From sequence record NZ_CP110904.1: DNA of 64,000 bases. One strand, 5' to 3'. The position numbers were made by a program, and so were the translations under genes. A model generated the notes under the pieces. The model did no database searches, had not been told where the DNA came from, and saw only the letters and a list, made by a program, of their open reading frames with translations. Below, piece by piece: positions 28,817 to 37,647 of this stretch (the first letter of the stretch is position 1; every line of letters begins with the position of its first letter). Source of the stretch: a plasmid.

Positions 28817-29452
28817 TCACTTCCCTTTCTGCATCAGGGACTCCAGTGACGATTCCAGCGCCGCGAAACGAATCAGGGCAGCTTCACACTGCTCTTTACC
28901 CCACGAGTCCTGCCAGTCGCACAGGTGGAGATATTTGCGTTCGAGCGCTTCCATTTCATCAAGATTTGATCTCGAAAAATCTGGCCAGATATCATGCCAG
29001 CACACATTGAAGGTAACGCCTGCCGGTGGGCAGTATTTCAGAGCATCCGCAAGGATAATTTCAACGCGGGGATCGTGAGCAAATGCTTTGGAAACCAGGT
29101 TCATCACATCCTGAGACTTCTCAATGACGGTCACGTGGGTCACGTCAGGCTTCTGAAGAATGGCGTGCAGCACCATTCCCAGCCCCAGTCCGTTAATCAG
29201 GATGCGTCCAGTTGCTCGCTCAATGAAAGCTTCACAGGTACGGATCTCCATCGGCGTATTGGACATCACCACTTCGTTATCACAGGACAAACGCCGGTAG
29301 ACGCCTGCCGGGATATATTCATCCTGATCCTTTGTATATTCGGCGCGAAGCTTCAGGGTCTGCGCTTTTTCTGGCGTAATCACAAAGGAGTCCAGCGTCC
29401 AGTTACCGGATTTCCCGTTTTTCACCGGCAGCTCAGCAAATTTACTTTTCAT
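28817..29452 (-). CDS. small class-I SAM-dependent methyltransferase-like protein (211 aa), tandem paralog B
   Basis: About 70 percent identical to 28144-28755. Confidence 0.6.
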   Translation of the reverse strand: MKSKFAELPVKNGKSGNWTLDSFVITPEKAQTLKLRAEYTKDQDEYIPAGVYRRLSCDNEVVMSNTPMEIRTCEAFIERATGRILINGLGLGMVLHAILQKPDVTHVTVIEKSQDVMNLVSKAFAHDPRVEIILADALKYCPPAGVTFNVCWHDIWPDFSRSNLDEMEALERKYLHLCDWQDSWGKEQCEAALIRFAALESSLESLMQKGK

Positions 29453-29567
29453 ACTGATAACCTTAATTTCGAATCATTCTGTTGCCGGGAAATTACCACA
29501 TAACCCTCGGGCTGGGCAGGCAAGATCGCGTTACAACGGACGGCGGCTGACGCAACCGTCCACGGGT

Positions 29568-29825
29568 TCACAGGTAACGAAGTAGGATCTCCGCATCCTC
29601 CGGTGGCAGCTGTTGGCAGCTCTTCACTTGATAGAAGAATTCCCCGCCAAGATCATACACTCCGCCGTCTTCAAAACTCAGTGCTTCGACCTCGTCGCGA
29701 CACTCATTCAGTAATGCCGTCTGGCTGGCGTTTGCCTCAGTATCGCTGGCGACAAGCTTCACGCTGGAATGCTCATACTCGCCATTCCGGCATACAATTT
29801 TGACAATGAAGTTTTTTTCAGGCAT
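29568..29825 (-). CDS. hypothetical acidic protein (85 aa)
   Basis: RBS GGGAGG 6 nt before the ATG at 29825. Confidence 0.45.
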   Translation of the reverse strand: MPEKNFIVKIVCRNGEYEHSSVKLVASDTEANASQTALLNECRDEVEALSFEDGGVYDLGGEFFYQVKSCQQLPPEDAEILLRYL

Positions 29826-29888
29826 CTGCGCCTCCCGGCTGGTTAGGGGTTTATTCAGCGTTGCCCCGGCGTCCGGGGCAAGACTCAA

Positions 29889-30323
29889 TCAACCCTTGAT
29901 GAAACTCTGGCCGAAAGAAGGATTGGCTTTAAACTGGTGCTCCTTTATGATTTTTTTCATCATCTGAGAGCATTTCTTGATCGATTTGGTGCTGGCATCC
30001 GTGACTTCAGCCATCTTGCGGATAAAGCGATTCACCTGATACTGCGCCTCAGCATCTTGGCTGAGGGCTTCACTGTGGATGCGGTCTTCATGCTGCGCAA
30101 TCAACAGCACATAGCAGCGGAGACCTGTGGCGGTGCTCACGCGCTGGCTGATCGTGATTTCCGCCGAGCGGGTAGACTGGACGACAGAGAGAGAGACTCT
30201 CGATAATTCGCCGTCCCGGAAAATAGCCGGAGTAAGACCATTAATATCCTCGCGGGAATAATTCAGAGAGTCCAGAATGGAAAATAAATCACAGGTGGTA
30301 AAATCGAATTCCTGAATGCTCAT
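29889..30323 (-). CDS. hypothetical protein (144 aa)
   Basis: Has a promoter-module copy upstream. Confidence 0.5.
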   Translation of the reverse strand: MSIQEFDFTTCDLFSILDSLNYSREDINGLTPAIFRDGELSRVSLSVVQSTRSAEITISQRVSTATGLRCYVLLIAQHEDRIHSEALSQDAEAQYQVNRFIRKMAEVTDASTKSIKKCSQMMKKIIKEHQFKANPSFGQSFIKG

Positions 30324-30367
30324 ATCGCCTCCGACGCTTCATTATTTGTTGGCATTGCCTGTAGATA

Positions 30368-30400
30368 TATAATACCAGGTTGGGTTCAAAACCTAATAAC
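30368..30400 (-). promoter_or_regulatory. promoter module copy 4
   Basis: GGTTATTAGG, 14-nt spacer, TGGTATTAT. Confidence 0.55.
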
Positions 30401-30458
30401 CCGGAAGAGAATATTTTGAAGAAAATCTCAGGCATCCATGCCGTGAATTAAGCTGGCA

Positions 30459-30836
30459 CTATTCTGAAATAATATCACCAAGGCTGGTGGTAAATTCTCT
30501 TTTGACGGATTCAGTAAACGGCACTCGCTCAATATATTTATAATTCGTGGCATAGGTGTTGGTGTCTAAAGTCCGGGAGATCTCATCATCAATCGGGTCT
30601 TCAAACATATCAATGCGCACATCGATATGCTGCGTGCCTTCTGCGGTAGGATGTGACAGGCTGCACGACACTTCGATATAGCGATCTTTCTGCTCCGCGA
30701 CAAACGTCCAGAAACCTGCATTAAAGTCGGTTGATGCACCGTGACGTTTAAATACAACATCAGATACGGAATAACCGACAGCATTAAGAAGGGAAATGAA
30801 ATTAAGCTGACTGGAAATGATATCTAATTTATTCAT
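30459..30836 (-). CDS. hypothetical acidic protein (125 aa)
   Basis: Has a promoter-module copy upstream. Confidence 0.5.
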   Translation of the reverse strand: MNKLDIISSQLNFISLLNAVGYSVSDVVFKRHGASTDFNAGFWTFVAEQKDRYIEVSCSLSHPTAEGTQHIDVRIDMFEDPIDDEISRTLDTNTYATNYKYIERVPFTESVKREFTTSLGDIISE

Positions 30837-30850
30837 GATGTCTCCTGTTG

Positions 30851-30893
30851 GTATGTGGCAATTATACCAGGACGCGCTCGACGGCTAATAACC
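30851..30893 (-). promoter_or_regulatory. promoter module copy 5
   Basis: GGTTATTAGCC, 14-nt spacer, TGGTATAAT. Confidence 0.55.
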
Positions 30894-31029
30894 TGCGGCA
30901 AAATTTTTCCGAATAGTTGATGATGTGATTGATAGCTTTAAAAATTAGGAGGATTGTTTATAAGAAGGAATATAACCAGAGGATTTGAAATTTAATACAC
31001 CATGCCGACTGACCACGTCTAATTTTTCA

Positions 31030-31040
31030 AAAGTTACTTT
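31030..31040. repeat. AAAGTTACTTT palindromic repeat, copy h
   Basis: Sits in CAAAAGTTACTTTTCCCGGCTGCC, nearly identical to the extended form of copy d. Confidence 0.6.
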
Positions 31041-31226
31041 TCCCGGCTGCCCTGATCCCACGTCGCTAAGACCCGGTATACTCAGGCATTCTGCCCGGAA
31101 GGCAATTGGCTTCGGTGATCGGGTATTAAAATAGGGCCAGTCTGTTTTTCTGCGAGTTTCGCGCTCTGTTGATGGCGTGAAATCACCTTTTCCGGATGCC
31201 CTCCCTGGCTGTCCGGTGCGCTGGCG

Positions 31227-32408
31227 CTACGCCCAGCGGTATGGGGTAAAATAGGTCTCGTTAACTTCAAGAAATTCGGTCAGGGAATTCATCGCTCTCG
31301 TGTCGTATGCAGTCACAATAAAACGGTAACCGTCCACCGTTTCGATGTAACTGATCCCCCGTGGCGTGCTGCTGGCATTCACCACTTCCGCCGTCATCAT
31401 AAACTGGCCTTGCGGGAATTCCTGTGACAGGTAGATAAATCCGGTGGTTGCTGATGACGGGGTGGCATTCATCAGCACACCGTTAAATTGCTGGCCGTGT
31501 CGCGCCGGGATCAATGTGCTGTCCGCCGTCGCCTGATTCAGCAGCTGCCGGATCAGGGTTTCCTCTTTATATGAGCTGTAAGCGCGGACATCGTCTTCAG
31601 CCCCGGAGCGTGAGCAAACACCTACATGTGCAAGCCGCCGGTATTCGTTACGCATGTAGGCATGACAGGATGCACCCGCTCGCCCCTGAAGGGTGACACC
31701 AAAATCTTCACACAGCATCAGAACCTGGCGCAGATTGTTGTCATATACCGTCGCAGTAAGGGCCAGGTTATAACTGACGAATGTCAGCTCAAAAACCCGT
31801 GTATGCATGTCACTAACGTGTGCCTCCATCCGGATCAGCGGCTTTTCAGTCAGCGGATATGGAGTGCCGTTCACGCAGTACGGGGTAACGCCGCTAAAAC
31901 ACTCGCCGATCACGCTAGCAATGACTACGTCGGCGTCAATGACAGCCGGTGCCGGGACATAGATCTGAAACTGTCCTTCCGTGCCAGATTGGGTAAGGAC
32001 GGGGAACAAACGCGGGGAATTAAGCTGCTCAAGGTCAGCATTGATCAGTTCTGTCCAGCTGGGTTTCCCGGTGGGTGCATCGAGGCGCAGGCCCAGGTTA
32101 TCGCAGAAGTCGACGATCTGCCGGGAGTGTTCCACCATCACTGCCCCGGAGAGAGTCAGACCGTGCGTCGTCATCTTCAGCTCACTCGTCCGTGTCTGGG
32201 TATTCTGGGACCAGGGCTGTAAAGAAAGTGTCGTCCGGCTTAGTGAAGGTATAATTGTTTCATTCAGTGGGTCGATCAGTTGGCAATGCGCATTCAGCCG
32301 GGGGACAAGGGCATCAAATATGAAGCTTGCCTGTTGTTTAGTGCTGGCCTGAATATAAAACATCGCATCCGTGCCTGCATCCCTGGATAAAATACCGAAA
32401 AGTTTCAT
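31227..32408 (-). CDS. hypothetical 393-aa protein with an internal two-fold repeat, in the HigA position
   Basis: Lies 8 bp downstream of the HigB-like gene. No HTH detected. Halves similar (DFCDNLGLRLDAPTG vs LCEDFGVTLQGRAG). Confidence 0.5.
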   Translation of the reverse strand: MKLFGILSRDAGTDAMFYIQASTKQQASFIFDALVPRLNAHCQLIDPLNETIIPSLSRTTLSLQPWSQNTQTRTSELKMTTHGLTLSGAVMVEHSRQIVDFCDNLGLRLDAPTGKPSWTELINADLEQLNSPRLFPVLTQSGTEGQFQIYVPAPAVIDADVVIASVIGECFSGVTPYCVNGTPYPLTEKPLIRMEAHVSDMHTRVFELTFVSYNLALTATVYDNNLRQVLMLCEDFGVTLQGRAGASCHAYMRNEYRRLAHVGVCSRSGAEDDVRAYSSYKEETLIRQLLNQATADSTLIPARHGQQFNGVLMNATPSSATTGFIYLSQEFPQGQFMMTAEVVNASSTPRGISYIETVDGYRFIVTAYDTRAMNSLTEFLEVNETYFTPYRWA

Positions 32409-32416
32409 TTTTTACC

Positions 32417-32713
32417 TTAATGGATTAGCGATTTATAATCATGCGCCGACAGGTGAACGTTATGTACGCCATCATTCCACACAAAGAATAACCGATATTT
32501 TGAATTAACTCGAATGGAAGAGTACCGGTTTGCGGTCATCCTTAAGCGTTCGTAACGCAAACTACTTGATAACAATTCGCGTTCGTTTTTTACATTATTT
32601 AACGTTTTCAGTCTGCATGAAATCGCATTTAACAGATCAGCAGGAATACCTGCTGTGGACTTTCCATTACGGAAAAAGCTTTCCAGCCGTCTGTCTTTAA
32701 ATGAATGGATCAT
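32417..32713 (-). CDS. HigB-like (RelE/ParE superfamily, killer-protein type) toxin
   Basis: 98 aa, alignable end to end with Rts1 HigB (MI.SFK..L...F..G....G.PA ... DG....V.L.DYH). Confidence 0.65.
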   Translation of the reverse strand: MIHSFKDRRLESFFRNGKSTAGIPADLLNAISCRLKTLNNVKNERELLSSSLRYERLRMTANRYSSIRVNSKYRLFFVWNDGVHNVHLSAHDYKSLIH

Positions 32714-32776
32714 ATCTTCCTCCGTAATGGAATGAGTAAAATTAAATAAGAATTATAAAAGCCTGAAGCTGATTTA

Positions 32777-33244
32777 TTAAATCCCGAGAATTCTGGCTGC
32801 GACCGTTAGTTGTTTATCACTTAATGGATATTTCCGTGATAACGTCGATTTCAGACTGTTCAGAAAGCTGTTCTCCCCGTCTTGCTGTGTGATGGCGTCA
32901 ACCAGTTCCTGATTGCTCTTACACCACAGATTGAACGCGGAAGTCTTTGATTGTACAGCACGCTGACGCACTACTGCCTGAGCTGCTGAAATCTTGCGTG
33001 CCGCTTCCGGGTATGTGCGATATAACGCGGAAAGGGTGTAACATGTACGGGTTGTGACCAGGCTATAGCCCGTACCATTACATGCCATGCAGCGGCTCCT
33101 ATAAAAGTGTTTACGCTCACCACGGCCTTTGCATTTATTGCAAGTGACCCGATAAATATATTCCCCGGTGCCTTTTACTGAATCAATACACTGAATCTTA
33201 GCGTTGTCGATTTCAATTCCGCTCTGGTCAAAGTATTTATCCAT
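32777..33244 (-). CDS. DnaJ-type zinc-finger (CxxCxGxG ... CxxCNGTG) protein, 155 aa
   Basis: Contains CNKCKGRGE...CMACNGTG. Homologous N-terminal module to 60250-60969. Confidence 0.55.
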   Translation of the reverse strand: MDKYFDQSGIEIDNAKIQCIDSVKGTGEYIYRVTCNKCKGRGERKHFYRSRCMACNGTGYSLVTTRTCYTLSALYRTYPEAARKISAAQAVVRQRAVQSKTSAFNLWCKSNQELVDAITQQDGENSFLNSLKSTLSRKYPLSDKQLTVAARILGI

Positions 33245-33264
33245 TTTTGATTCCTCAGGTTTGG

Positions 33265-33306
33265 TCTGAAGTAATCATGACAGATTGGTCTCGCTGGCTA
33301 ATAACC
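33265..33306 (-). promoter_or_regulatory. promoter module copy 6
   Basis: GGTTATTAGCC box. Weaker -10 (TGTCATGAT). Confidence 0.4.
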
Positions 33307-33916
33307 TGAATGAAAGATTTTTAAAAATAATTTTGCAGCACTGCTAAAGGCAGTTTATATATGCAGGATTCAATTTTACTGAGAAATATTTTCGGAAGTA
33401 TCTGTTTACAAATACCAAAAAAAAAACCAATGAGGTCTTAATTACATCCTTAATGGGCATGGTTATTTTACATCCTTATGAGTAGCAATGCTTATGTGTT
33501 AATTTAACAACACCATATGCGTCTAAGGAACTTCCTATCCGCCTTCATGAAGCTTTTTTCCGGTTACCAGTAAGGGCCATATGACTGGCAAATATTCCGC
33601 TCGCGGTATACCGAAGTTCCGAGAGGATGGCGAAACGGCAGAATGCTACAGTAAAGGAGAAATGTTAGCTATAAAACGGTGGCACAGGGTCGGGATACTC
33701 GCGGGCTGAAATGGCAGATTCAGTTTGTCTTCCGGCTGTAGCGTCCCTTCCCCACTCACAAGACCCATCTTAACCGAAGGTGTCGCAGCCTTTCTCCCAG
33801 ACGCTCGACGATTCCTGGGTTTAAGGTCACGAAACAATGGTCATGCACACCGGCTTTCAACTGGCACAAATGTGATTACGAAACACTCGTTAATGCCCTC
33901 CCGGTAAGCCTTTAGA

Positions 33917-33927
33917 AAAGTTACTTT
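33917..33927. repeat. AAAGTTACTTT palindromic repeat, copy i
   Basis: Intergenic. Confidence 0.6.
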
Positions 33928-34058
33928 TCTAAGATTAAAATGGACTATTTTAATTATAGTTTGGATATGAATTTTTAAAAAAATAAATGCCTTCAACTTA
34001 TTTGGAAAATAAGCCGGAATGTTAGAGTGTTCTCATTCAAAAAAGAGGAGAACCAACC

Positions 34059-34835
34059 ATGCCAAAATGTCTATTACCTGCCGAGCTTGCGGAAATTGTC
34101 TGTGGATTACTGGTGCAACCCACATTAATGAATGAATTAAAAACACCGGAGTCGCATAAAGCATTTATGCAGGATATCGCTGAGCTGGTGGCGAAACATT
34201 GCGGAGGAGAGATTGACGGTGTGATCATGCCGGTGGATCGCGATGAATCAAGCCAGGCCGATTATCTGACCTCTCCGGATGTAACCCCTTATCTCGTCGT
34301 ATCTCCCGGCGCGGACATGCACTCCCTCACCGATAATGTCTGGCGTCACCATGCCCGAGATGGCTGGCTTGACCATATCAAAGGCAGCGACGAAGAAAGC
34401 CCTGATGAATTGCCGACGCATAAAGAGTGCTCAGTTCGCCGCTACGCCCTCCAGCGGATGCTCCTTCAGACACAAACCAACCATGCTAATCTTCCCTCGC
34501 AGGTGGTACGAATGCGTGATTACTGCAACCTCGACGACGAACAGCCCGGGTCTTCAGCAGAGTTTATCGTTACTATGGCGCTCGGCGGTCATGCCCAGCT
34601 GGCAGTTCAGGATGTGGAATCACGCCTGGTAATGGCCCTGACGTTGTTAATTGAAAATGGTGTTCCCTCGGTCCATGTAAACGCGGGTGACACTGACCCT
34701 TCAGTTCTGCACGTCCAGGCTGCTCACGGCGGCATGGTCCTTTCAACTGACTCCCTGAATCATAAATTCGGTATTTCGCCGCCTGACAGGTATACCAACG
34801 GTCGCCCTGGCTTATTAGTTAAAGCAGCCTCCTGA
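34059..34835 (+). CDS. hypothetical protein (258 aa), tandem paralog 1
   Basis: RBS AGGAG. About 30 percent identical to 34984-35760 (shared HCGG and HxxAAHxGxVL motifs). Confidence 0.55.
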   Translation: MPKCLLPAELAEIVCGLLVQPTLMNELKTPESHKAFMQDIAELVAKHCGGEIDGVIMPVDRDESSQADYLTSPDVTPYLVVSPGADMHSLTDNVWRHHARDGWLDHIKGSDEESPDELPTHKECSVRRYALQRMLLQTQTNHANLPSQVVRMRDYCNLDDEQPGSSAEFIVTMALGGHAQLAVQDVESRLVMALTLLIENGVPSVHVNAGDTDPSVLHVQAAHGGMVLSTDSLNHKFGISPPDRYTNGRPGLLVKAAS

Positions 34836-34922
34836 TTCATTAATTACAAATCTGTCCTTTTTTAATTCCATAATTCGCTCTTTATTTAAAGGGCGAATAT
34901 ATTTTTAAAAAACCTCACCCCA

Positions 34923-34955
34923 GGTTATTAGCCAGCAAACCGAAACTGGTAGAAT
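34923..34955 (+). promoter_or_regulatory. promoter module copy 7 (the only plus-strand copy)
   Basis: GGTTATTAGCC, 14-nt spacer, TGGTAGAAT. Confidence 0.55.
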
Positions 34956-34983
34956 TAACACATCAGATGAAAGGGTGACTATC

Positions 34984-35760
34984 ATGGCTAAATTAATTTC
35001 GACTCGTGAACTGGCAACAATTATTACTGCATTACTGGTAAAACCGGAATTATTGGGCGAGCTGGATTCTCCAGAAAAACATCGCGCACTGATGGAAGAT
35101 CTGGGGCGTGTTGTGGCAGAGCATTGCGGCGGCAATGTCACGGAAATCGCATTGCCGGAAACCGATGGTACGGCAGTTGATGATGCATTGCTGGATGGCC
35201 AGCCTGTCCGCTATCTGGAAACAAAAGAAAGCTCCCCGTATCTCATCGTACACCCTGACGACTCACTACCGTCGCTGACGCAAAACGTTTGGATGCACGC
35301 TGATCCTGATGGCTGGGAAGAACATTTCGATCGCGAGGACAATCCCCTGATGGAGGAGGTGAGTCAGCTGTTCCGCCAGCAGGTGTATGCGCTTCTGACG
35401 CCAGAATCGCAGACAACGCCTTCAGAGATTATCCGGACGTTACAGGACTGGCAACTGGGTGAAATCCAGCTGCCAGAAGAAGACTGTCAGTCCTATCAGG
35501 TGAAGGTGTTGTTAGAAGAGAAAAACATTCAGTGTGAAGTGGTGAATGAATCCGGCACGACTTGTTTCGGCCTCATTTTTGAGATCGATCGGGGTGTACC
35601 GACGCTGCACATCGACACGGGCAGTGATTCACTGCTGCATATTCACGCGGCACATGACGGCCTTGTTCTGACACCAGATGCACCGAACCACGGATTTGAA
35701 GATGCTCCAGTAGACCGCTTTTCCTATAACAGCCCGTCCCTGTTGGTGCCAGGGGTGTAA
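34984..35760 (+). CDS. hypothetical protein (259 aa), tandem paralog 2
   Basis: RBS AAGGG 8 nt before the ATG at 34984. GTG alternative at 34975. Confidence 0.55.
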   Translation: MAKLISTRELATIITALLVKPELLGELDSPEKHRALMEDLGRVVAEHCGGNVTEIALPETDGTAVDDALLDGQPVRYLETKESSPYLIVHPDDSLPSLTQNVWMHADPDGWEEHFDREDNPLMEEVSQLFRQQVYALLTPESQTTPSEIIRTLQDWQLGEIQLPEEDCQSYQVKVLLEEKNIQCEVVNESGTTCFGLIFEIDRGVPTLHIDTGSDSLLHIHAAHDGLVLTPDAPNHGFEDAPVDRFSYNSPSLLVPGV

Positions 35761-35824
35761 CCTGGCAAACAACACAGAGGTATTTTGGCCCCGGGTGAAA
35801 TAATTCAGGACAGGAGTCAGGCAG

Positions 35825-36022
35825 ATGGGCGATGTTGCCACACTACCACCGAAAATTAACGATGGCGTACTTCGACGCTGGAATGCTCAGCGCGGGCAAC
35901 GAAATGGCCGAGGCGGTAGGTATAAGCGCCTTCCGTCACAAAGCAACCTGAGTAACTGGGTTGTAAGACGTCTGATCGAAGAAATCATAATGGAGGACCG
36001 ACGAAGAGCAGCATCAGGTTGA
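35825..36022 (+). CDS. hypothetical small basic protein
   Basis: ORF only. Confidence 0.25.
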   Translation: MGDVATLPPKINDGVLRRWNAQRGQRNGRGGRYKRLPSQSNLSNWVVRRLIEEIIMEDRRRAASG

Positions 36023-36071
36023 GCAGTATGTTGATCAAGTTATAACTACTGGCGCAGGAGAAGTGGAAGGT

Positions 36072-36221
36072 ATGACCCGCGTCCCGGTAGTTTCCACGAT
36101 GGAACAGCTAATTGCAGGCCGGAAGCAGATAATTTCGGCCACTGGAAAAATGTCTAGATTAATGAGCCAGCGTCTTGCAGATGTTTACCGTGCAATGGTC
36201 GCAGCTGCAAAGGGGGAGTGA
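36072..36221 (+). CDS. hypothetical 49-aa protein
   Basis: RBS GGAGAAGTGGAAGG. TGAGATG overlap with the next gene. Not in the ORF track. Confidence 0.3.
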   Translation: MTRVPVVSTMEQLIAGRKQIISATGKMSRLMSQRLADVYRAMVAAAKGE

Positions 36222-36222
36222 G

Positions 36223-36564
36223 ATGCGTGAATTACTTGGAAAGACAGGGGCAGAACATCAAGCCTCCGTAATGTATCAAACGTTCGGACACCTCGACGCT
36301 AAGCCAGGCGAAAAGCATAAAGGTCACTTCGTTTTTATCAACGGCCAGCACGGCGACCTGAGTGTTGTGCATAGTGAATTTTCATCCTTTGACGAAGGTC
36401 CTGGCTATTTCAGTGACCGTGCCGATTTTATCTGGGAATTGGTTAAAGACGGAGGACTCTGCTCTAAGGTCGGCATCTACCGGTTTGAAGGCGAATACTC
36501 GCTTCCTAAACGCCGGAACGGTAAAAGGTTTTCGGGAAGCGTGACGTGCCTTCAATCATTCTAA
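36223..36564 (+). CDS. hypothetical protein (113 aa)
   Basis: Translationally coupled to 36072-36221. Confidence 0.45.
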   Translation: MRELLGKTGAEHQASVMYQTFGHLDAKPGEKHKGHFVFINGQHGDLSVVHSEFSSFDEGPGYFSDRADFIWELVKDGGLCSKVGIYRFEGEYSLPKRRNGKRFSGSVTCLQSF

Positions 36565-36622
36565 TTTCGTAGAGCATGAGCACCGACTGGTTATCAGTAA
36601 AACGGGGAGCGCCACAGTTCGC

Positions 36623-36928
36623 GTGCAACCTTCCCCATCCATCAACTCGAATGAGTACAGAATAATGACGAACGCTGACGCATCTAACGTTAAGACCAGT
36701 CCAGAATTACCAACTCTCGAACAGGTCTATGCTCTGCTCAAGGAAAACTATAAACCCGCAAGATTTGCTGATCGGGATGGGGAAATCTGGGGGCATGAGT
36801 ATTCATGGAATCTGGCAAAATCAAGCCTGCAAGACCTGGAGAAGTACGGGAAATCGTATGTATCGAAGCATTCCGACCGGATGGGCGATGGATTCAGTTT
36901 TGGTCCTGACCTGGTCATTATTCGCTGA
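36623..36928 (+). CDS. hypothetical protein
   Basis: GTG at 36623 or ATG at 36665. Confidence 0.35.
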   Translation: MQPSPSINSNEYRIMTNADASNVKTSPELPTLEQVYALLKENYKPARFADRDGEIWGHEYSWNLAKSSLQDLEKYGKSYVSKHSDRMGDGFSFGPDLVIIR

Positions 36929-36976
36929 CATGCGCACGGAAGTGAGTAAGATGGCTGGCTGCACCGGAGGACAAGA

Positions 36977-37234
36977 GTGATGAAGGGTAAAAATATCGTG
37001 GCTCGTGTCGTGCGGGAAGCGACCTATAAGTGGGAAACCCGCCACAAGTTAACGCCAGAACAATGCTCTGAAATTAATCAACTGATGCGTCGGCTTTCAG
37101 AACACCTTGCCTGCCCCGTTTGCAAAGCAATGTCCTTAAAGCAACTCAGGCACGCAGAATACATTTTGAAATGCGGAACGTGCGGTGAAGAGTTTCTTAT
37201 CAATAAACGTAAAGAATCGGCTCACGCGAGTTAA
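36977..37234 (+). CDS. zinc-ribbon protein (CPVC ... CGTC)
   Basis: RBS GGAGGA. 85 aa. Confidence 0.5.
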   Translation: MMKGKNIVARVVREATYKWETRHKLTPEQCSEINQLMRRLSEHLACPVCKAMSLKQLRHAEYILKCGTCGEEFLINKRKESAHAS

Positions 37235-37269
37235 GCGCGGTGAATGAGCACAACAGTAAGGTGACAACC

Positions 37270-37569
37270 ATGAAAGAACTGATTTCGGTAGCTCAGGCGG
37301 CTCTGGACTATATCGATGCCTTACCCAGCGACATGGTGGCATCACTCCATACGATGCCTGGCTTTGATCGCGATTGGGCAACAGAAGTCATTGCCGATGC
37401 TATCGTCGAAAGTAACGAGTCCCGGGAACAGATACAGCAGCAGTCGCAGGCAATTCAGTTGCCCGAGACCTGTTTCTTTGATGGCCCGGGCAACACAACA
37501 GAAACGTATTTCCTGGCAGACGATGTCAGAGAGTTACTCCGGTCAGCGGGCGTCCAATTTAGCGAGTGA
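37270..37569 (+). CDS. hypothetical acidic protein (99 aa)
   Basis: RBS AAGGTGA. Confidence 0.45.
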   Translation: MKELISVAQAALDYIDALPSDMVASLHTMPGFDRDWATEVIADAIVESNESREQIQQQSQAIQLPETCFFDGPGNTTETYFLADDVRELLRSAGVQFSE

Positions 37570-37647
37570 TACGGGAAAAGTTCCCAGGCAGTCCGGTCTC
37601 ACATCGGTATTACGCCAGACGCTGTCAACATTAATTCGATTCAGGGC

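Noticed and set aside
33480-33900. Possible small gene or sRNA in the 800-bp gap after the zinc-finger gene
   Set aside because: Only short ORFs without an RBS. Nothing could be supported beyond AAAGTTACTTT copy i.
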